The notes beneath the pieces are model-generated. The model was not told the origin of the DNA, did no database searches, and worked only from the letters and a program-made list of their open reading frames with translations. Position numbers and translations under genes: made by a program. This document shows, one piece after another, positions 56,913-64,000 of a stretch of 64,000 nucleotides of DNA. The DNA comes from Heptranchias perlo (Eukaryota). Each line of letters starts with the position of its first letter. The first letter of the stretch is position 1. The stretch spans positions 248,001-312,000 of the forward strand of contig NW_027139272.1 in the NCBI RefSeq assembly GCF_035084215.1, read 5' to 3'.

Positions 56913-57539
56913 GATTTCAAGCACTGAATCGAAAGCAAATTCTCGACACTCCTTCCCTCACCAACTCCCTTCTCTCCTCCTCCTCCTCTCTTGAATCCAT
57001 TAACCTCTTGCTGGATAGGGTTCCACAGACAGGGGTCACTCTCCAGTATATCGCCCCAGTGACCATTAAACACCTGTGAGCCTTGACACTAAGCATCAAT
57101 AGGCTTTTCAACACAGCCTGGCCAGATCCTGGCCCGTCCGATGTCCAGACACGCACAGTTCCAACACTGTTTGATTTAGAGTGGGGATAACAGTCCCCTC
57201 CCTAACCCAGGGGCCCTGAGGCCACATGTCGCGGCCCTACAACCATCACCCCAGTTGGGATCAGTTTAAAGTGGCTTTTAACCACCCAGCACAGAGAGTG
57301 TCTAAAACAGTGACTGGTGACCCTCTGTGCACAGTCTCTTTGGGTTACAGTCCAGTCTACCTCCAATCCTGAGACACCAGCCGAGTCACCCCACTGGCCA
57401 CAGGTACTGGAGCATCATTCGATTGCTCAAGCCCACTTACTCTTGCTCAGGCGACTACAAAGTATGACCCAGAAACTACCCAATAGCATCCAGAAAATGT
57501 GGTGTTCCCTTCCCTCCCTGTCACCCGTTCCCCACCCAC

Positions 57540-57990
57540 CCCGTGCTCGCTGACCTACATTGGCTCCCGATCCGGGAACACCTCGATTTTAAAATTCCTC
57601 CATGTGTTCAAATCCCTCCCTGGTCCCGCCCTTCCCTATCCCTGTGACCTCCTCCAACCCTACAACGCTCCGAGATCTCTGCACTCCTCCAATTCTGGCC
57701 TCTTGCGCATCCCCAATTTTAATCTCTCCACCATTGGCGGCCGTGCCTTCAGCTGCCTCGGCCCTCAGCTCAGGAATTCCCTCCCTGAACCTCTCCGCCT
57801 CTCCACCTCTCTCTCCTCCTTTAAGATGCTCTTTCAAACCTACCTCTTTGACCAAGCTTTTGGTCACCTGTCCGAACATCTCCTTACGTGGCTCAGTGTC
57901 AAGTCTTGTTTGATAATCGCTCCTGTGAAGTGCCTTGGGACGTTAAAGGCGATATATAAATGCAGGTTGTTGTTGTTGTTGTTGTTGTTA
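57540..57990 (+). mobile_element. L2-type LINE 3' end
   Basis: VLADLHWLP-like start, then FKSLPGPALPYPCDLLQPYNAPRSLHSS..GGRAFSCLGPQLRNSLP, ending ATATAAATGCAG(GTT)n. Confidence 0.8.
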
Positions 57991-57994
57991 CAGC

Positions 57995-58680
57995 GACGAT
58001 GAAAGAACAGCGATATATTTCCAAGTCGGGATGGTGTGTGACTTGGAGGGGAACGTGCAGGTGGTGTTGTTCCCATGTGCCTGCTGCTCTTGTCCTTCTA
58101 GGTGGTAGAGGTCGCGGGTTTGGGAGGTGCTGTCGAAGAAGCCTTGGCGAGTTGCTGCAGTGCATCCTGTGGATGGTACACACTGCAACCACAGTGCGCC
58201 GGTGGTGAAGGGAGTGAATGTTTAGGGTGGTGGATGGGGTGCCAATCAAGCGGGCTGCTTTGTCCTGGATGGTGTTGAGCTTCTTAAGTGTTGTTGGAGC
58301 TGCACTCATGCAGGCAAGTGGAGAGTATTCCATCACACTCCTGACTTGTGTCTTGTAGATGGTGGAAAGGCTTTGGAGAGTCAGGAGGTGAGTCACTCGC
58401 CGCAGACTACCCAGCCTCTGACCTGCTCTCATAGCCACAGTATTTATATGGCTGGTCCAGTGAAGTTTCTGGTCAATGGCGATCCCCAGGATGTTGATGG
58501 TGGGGGATTCGGCGATGGTAATGCCGTTGAATGTCAAGGGGAGGTGGTTAGACTCTCTCTTGTTGGAGATGGTCATTGCCTGGCACTTGTCTGGTGCGAA
58601 TGTTACTTGCCACTTATCAGCCCAAGCCTGGATGTTGTCCAGGTCGAGCTGCACGCGGGCACGGACTGCTTCATTATCTG
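57995..58680 (-). mobile_element. CR1-group LINE of a different family: RT C-terminal/thumb fragment
   Basis: ORF 57899-58654 LQLDLDNIQAWADKWQVTFAPDKC..ILGIAIDQKLHWTSHI..IYKTQVRSVMEYS..IQDKAARLI. Confidence 0.85.
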
Positions 58681-59709
58681 AGGGGACTGAGACTACAAAA
58701 ACATCACCTGGTGTTTACGATGGTCTCCCACAATATTTCAAGGCCTCCTTATCTCTAGCCTTCCAGGCAGTTCGAATAACACTTTTCCAACGTGGCCAAC
58801 CTGCCCAGCATGCCGCCTTGAACAGTCAGTTCAACAGTTCCGATGTTGAATTAATACTTTTAACCAAACTCAGCTCCTTTAGCAGGTAATTAATCCTTAA
58901 AACTGGTATTTAAAAGTCCAAAATCCTTCACTGTAAAGTGCTTTTGGTCACTTCCACCGGGATCTAGTCCTGATACGGACCCTACAGGAGTACTTAGTGT
59001 TGGGGGGCACTGGGGAGCGGAACTGAGGGAGTTCTGATGGATGGTGCCATGTTTACAGTCCCATCTCTTCCAATGATGTCCGCATGGAGTGGGGGTGGAG
59101 GGGGGTGGAAAGGACACAAGAGGTGACCCCTCACACTCTCGGTGAAATTTCCCAACTTTGGGGGAAAAAAGGGATGGAGACCTGGAGCAGCCGGGTCCAG
59201 TTCCAGAATCCAGCCCCGATTACATTGCCTCTGCCACCACCCCACTCCCCAAAGGAATTTCGGGCCCAGATTTTGTGAGGAAAGCAGGGACTTGAGAGAG
59301 GGAGAGGTTGGGGAGGGTGTCCGCCTGGAGAGAGATGGGGGCAGCGGGGCAGCCAAGGATCGTACAGCATAGGAGAGCAAACAGAAGCGGGAGCAGTCGG
59401 GAAAAATCAAATGAGGAGCAGTGTGAGAGACGGAGAGACCAGTAAAGAATGGGGCCCTGGGGTAGAGGTAGGGAGCAGCAGCAGAACGGAGGCCTGAAGA
59501 GGGAGGGAGTGGCAAGCAGATCATGGGCCTAGGAAGGAGCTTTTAAATTCAAGTGCCAAGCCAGAAGTCTTGCATTACAGTCTCGTGCAGAACCTCAGCG
59601 TCCGGGCACCGGGCTTTTTTTAATGGATGAAAGAGACCATTTTTATTTTCCCAACAGTATTCTCCATCTAATTATGTCGGAAACTAATTCTGAATCAGGG
59701 ACCATAATT

Positions 59710-61190
59710 AACAGTAATGAAGAAAATAATGGCACTAAAGAGTGACAAATCCCCAGGACCAGATGGTTTCCATCCCAGGGTTTTGAAGGAAGTCGGTGAG
59801 AACATTCCAGAAGCTCTAACCATAATCTTCCAAAGTTCTCTCGATTCAGGAACCGTTCCTTTAGATTGGAAAATTGCACACGTCACTCCACAATTTAAGA
59901 AAGGTGAGAGAGAGAAACCAGGGAATTATAGACCAGTTAGCCTAACATCTGTTGTTGGGAAATTACTAGAGTCTATAATTAAGGATCGAGTGACTGAACA
60001 CCTCGAGAATTTTCAGCTGATCAGAGAGAGCCATCATGGATTTGTAAAGGGTCATGCCTTGAAGAGGTGACTCAAGTAATGGATGGGGGAATGTCTATGG
60101 ATGTTGTTTATATGGACTTCCAGAAGGAAATTGATAAAGTCCCTCATAAGAGAATGTTAGCTAAAGTTGAAGCTCATGGAATTGAGGGCAAATTATTGAT
60201 CTGGTTAGGAAATTGGCTGAGCGGCAGGAGACAGGGAGTAGGGATAATGGGCAGGTACTCAAATAGGCAGGATGTGACTAGTGGTGTCCCACAGGGATCT
60301 GTGTCGGGGCCTCAACTATTCACTGTATTTATGATGACAGAAAGAAAGACAGCATTGTCAGCAGTGCAGATGGAAGCATAAAATTACAGAGATATTAATA
60401 GATTATGTGAATGGGCAAAACTGTGGCAAATGGATTTCAGTGTAGGCAAATGTGAGATCATCCACTTTGGACCTAAAAAGGAGAGATCAAAGTACTTTCT
60501 AAATGGTCAAAAGCTGGAAACAGTGAAGGTCCAAAGAGACTTAAGGGCCCCTGTACATAGATCATTAAAATGTTATGGACAGGTGCAGAAAATAATCAAA
60601 AAGGCTAATGGGATGCTGGCCTTTATATCTAGAGGACTAGAATACAAGAGGGTAGAAGTTATACAGCTGTACAAAGCCCTGGTTAGACCACACCTGGAGT
60701 ACTGTTCTGGGCACCGCACCTTAGGAAGGGAGTACAGTGTAGATTTACGAGAATGATACCTGGGCTCCAAGGGTTAAATTACGAGGAGTGATTACACAAA
60801 CTAGAATTGTATTCTGTGGAATTTAGAAGATTAAGGGGTGATTTGATCGAAGTTTTCAAGATATTAAGGGGAACTGATCGGGTAGATTGAGAGAAACTAT
60901 TTCCGCTGGTTGGGGAGTCCAGGACGAGGGGACACAGTCTAAAAATTAGAGCCAGGACTTTCAGGAGTGACGCAAAGGGCGGTAGAAGTTTGGAACTCTC
61001 TTCCGCAATCGGCAGTTAATGCTCGCTCCATTGGTTTTAAATCTGAGTTTGATAGATTTGTGGTAACCAAAGATATAAAGGGATGTGGGGATAAGGCTGG
61101 TGTCTGGAGTCAGCTCACAGATCAGCCAGGATCTCAATGAATGGCAGAACAGGCTTGAGAGGCGAAATGGCCGATTCCTGTTCCTGTGTC
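59710..61190 (+). mobile_element. Degenerate 5'-truncated CR1 LINE
   Basis: KSPGPDGFHPRVLKE..NYRPVSLTSVVGK, YMDFQK..GVPQGSV and KCEIIHFG..LVRPHLEYC, with many indels. Confidence 0.92.
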
Positions 61191-61745
61191 CTGTGTCCCT
61201 CGGCGATCAGCGCCCCTGGACTGGGGGGGAAGCAGGTTGTGGGGGGAGAGGGGGCACATTAGGAAATTACACATTCCAGTCCATGATTTTATGATCGTTA
61301 ATTGAAATAGATGGAAAGTCACGGGCTGTTGGGGGACAATTCTCTGACACTCAGAAGGGGAAAGACTCCTTGCTGAGCTGTGAGTTTCAATCACCCACTG
61401 ATTCCTCTCCAATCAGCCCTGTGGGTCGCGCATTTACTTTGTGGGAACTTGTTGATTTTCCTGAAACTAAAAGTATTTTACAGTTTTCTTTGTAAAAAGA
61501 ATCTCTGCGTGGAATGGAATTCGAGCTGCTGAAGAACAACCTGGGCCAAGTGACAATTCCTCATGGAAGCCCATCAGTCTCAAATGTAACGGGGAATCGA
61601 TGGGGGAACTGGACACTTCCCGGATAATAATGTCTCTTGATCGGGAACTGGATTCTCTTTTCTCTCTCATCCAATTCCACTTGGATATTCACTGAAGATC
61701 GAGGCATGAAAGCGATCCAGCTTCACAGCGCATCCCGGCTGATCA

Positions 61746-64000
61746 ATGGTGGGATTCCCCCCTGTCTGTCTGGTGTTTTGGTCAGTCTGGGAGCGGTCAC
61801 TGATGGTGAGATTCCCCTCTGTCTGTCTGGTGTTTTGGTCAGTCTGGGAGCGGTGACTGATGGTGAGATTCCCCTCTGTCTGTCTGGTGTTTTGGTCAGT
61901 CTGGGAGCAGTGACTGATGGTGAGATTCCCCCCTGTCTGTCTGGTGTTTTGGTCAGTCTGGGAGCGGTGATTGATGGTGAGATTCCCCCCTGTCTGTCTG
62001 GTGTTTTGGTCAGTCTGGGAGCGGTGATTGATGTTGAGATTCCCCCCTGTCTGTCTGGTGTTTTGGTCAGTCTGGGAGCGGTCACTGATGGTGAGATTCC
62101 CCTCTGTCTGTCTGGTGTTTTGGTCAGTCTGGGAGCGGTCACTGATGGTGAGATTCCCCTCTGTCTGTCTGGTGTTTTGGTCAGTCTGGGAGCGGTGACT
62201 GATGGTGAGATTCCCCCCTGTCTGTCTGGTGTTTTTGTCAGTCTGGGAGCGGTCACTGATGGTGAGATTCCCCTCTGTCTGTCTGGTGTTTTGGTCAGTC
62301 TGGGAGCGGTGACTGATGGTGAGATTCCCCCCTGTCTGTCTGGTGTTTTGGTCAGTCTGGGAGCGGTGATTGATGGTGAGATTCCCCTCTGTCTGTCTGG
62401 TGTTTTGGTCAGTCTGGGAGCGTTGACTGATGGTGAGATTCCCCCCTGTCTGTCTGGTGTTTTGGTCAGTCTGGGAGCGGTGACTGATGGTGAGATTCCC
62501 CCCTGTCTGTCTGGTGTTTTGGTCAGTCTGGGAGCGGTGATTGATGGTGAGATTCCCCTCTGTCTGTCTGGTGTTTTGGTCAGTCTGGGAGCGGTGATTG
62601 ATGGTGGGATTCCCCTCTGTCTGTCTGGTGTTTTGGTCAGTCTGGGAGCGGTGATTGATGGTGAGATTCCCCCCTGTCTGTCTGGTGTTTTGGTCAGTCT
62701 GGGAGCGGTGATTGATGGTGAGATTCCCCTCTGTCTGTCTGGTGTTTTGGTCAGTCTGGGAGCGGTGACTGATGGTGAGATTCCCCCCTGTCTGTCTGGT
62801 GTTTTGGTCAGTCTGGGAGCGGTGATTGATGGTGAGATTCCCCTCTGTCTGTCTGGTGTTTTGGTCAGTCTGGGAGCGGTGACTGATGGTGAGATTCCCC
62901 CCTGTCTGTCTGGTGTTTTGGTCAGTCTGGGAGCAGTGACTGATGGTGAGATTCCCCCCTGTCTGTCTGGTGTTTTGGTCAGTCTGGGAGCGGTGATTGA
63001 TGGTGAGATTCCCCTCTGTCTGTCTGGTGTTTTGGTCAGTCTGGGAGCGGTCACTGATGGTGAGATTCGCCCCTGTCTGTCTGGTGTTTTGGTCAGTCTG
63101 GGAGCGGTGATTGATGGTGAGATTCCCCTCTGTCTGTCTGGTGTTTTGGTCAGTCTGGGAGCGGTGATTGATGGTGAGATTCCCCTCTGTCTGTCTGGTG
63201 TTTTGGTCAGTCTGGGAGCGGTGACTGATGGTGAGATTCCCCTCTGTCTGTCTGGTGTTTTGGTCAGTCTGGGAGCGGTCACTGACCGTGGGATTCCCCC
63301 CTGTCTGTCTGGTGTTTTGGTCAGTCTGGGAGCGGTGACTGATGGTGAGATTCCCCCCTGTCTGTCTGGTGTTTTGGTCAGTCTGGGAGCGGTCACTGAT
63401 GGTGGGATTCCCCTCTGTCTGTCTGGTGTTTTGGTCAGTCTGGGAGCGGTGATTGATGGTGAGATTCCCCTCTGTCTGTCTGGTGTTTTGGTCAGTCTGG
63501 GAGCGGTGACTGATGGTGGGATTCCCCTCTGTCTGTCTGGTGTTTTGGTCAGTCTGGGAGCGGTGATTGATGGTGAGATTCCCCTCTGTCTGTCTGGTGT
63601 TTTGGTCAGTCTGGGAGCGGTCACTGATGGTGAGATTCCCCCTCTGTCTGTCTGGTGTTTTGGTCAGTCTGGGAGCGGTCACTGATGGTGAGATTCCCCT
63701 CTGTCTGTCTGGTGTTTTGGTCAGTCTGGGAGCGGTGACTGATGGTGAGATTCCCCTCTGTCTGTCTGGTGTTTTGGTCAGTCTGGGAGCGGTGACTGAT
63801 GGTGAGATTCCCCTCTGTCTGTCTGGTGTTTTGGTCAGTCTGGGAGCGGTGACTGATGGTGAGATTCCCCTCTGTCTGTCTGGTGTTTTGGTCAGTCTGG
63901 GAGCGGTGACTGATGGTGAGATTCCCCCCTGTCTGTCTGGTGTTTTGGTCAGTCTGGGAGCGGTGATTGATGGTGAGATTCCCCCCTGTCTGTCTGGTGT
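61746..64000. repeat. 57-bp minisatellite, at least 39 copies; runs off the right edge of the window
   Basis: Unit GATGGTGAGATTCCCCTCTGTCTGTCTGGTGTTTTGGTCAGTCTGGGAGCGGTGACT; the ORF track shows the corresponding 19-aa periodicity. Confidence 0.97.

Noticed and set aside
61637-63685. 682-, 671- and 633-aa ORFs with a 19-aa repeat
   Set aside because: Translations of the 57-bp minisatellite, open on both strands, with no evidence of coding constraint.

Overview
Eukaryotic, repeat-dense vertebrate DNA, most likely from a cartilaginous fish (inferred from the CR1/L2 LINE, Deu-domain SINE and Harbinger repeat types). Almost all long ORFs in the supplied track are translations of tandem repeats or LINE fragments. 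One intact spliced gene can be assembled by hand on the minus strand, a divergent non-classical MHC class I-like heavy chain. Its exons are leader 47335-47386, alpha1 36311-36571, alpha2 29879-30154, alpha3 27127-27399 and TM/cytoplasmic 22704-22894. All four introns are GT-AG phase 1, and the CDS is 1053 nt (350 aa). By manual alignment it keeps the structural and beta2-microglobulin-contact residues, but only 2 of the 8 canonical peptide-anchoring residues. It also has a hydrophobic groove, an extra Cys on the groove floor, a Gly-rich TM and a repeat-derived tail. The leader exon and upstream region sit in a 3.4-kb tandem duplication, giving a second identical leader at 54322-54373; one unit carries a young CR1 insertion. 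The window also contains a disabled B30.2/PRY-SPRY terminal exon (17576-18106, +) and a 15.4-kb 37-bp satellite with higher-order structure. A 109-bp Penelope-like fragment with a minimal hammerhead ribozyme motif interrupts that satellite. Several minisatellites have grown out of SINE/LINE sequence. All homology calls come from motif recognition and manual translation, not database searches.
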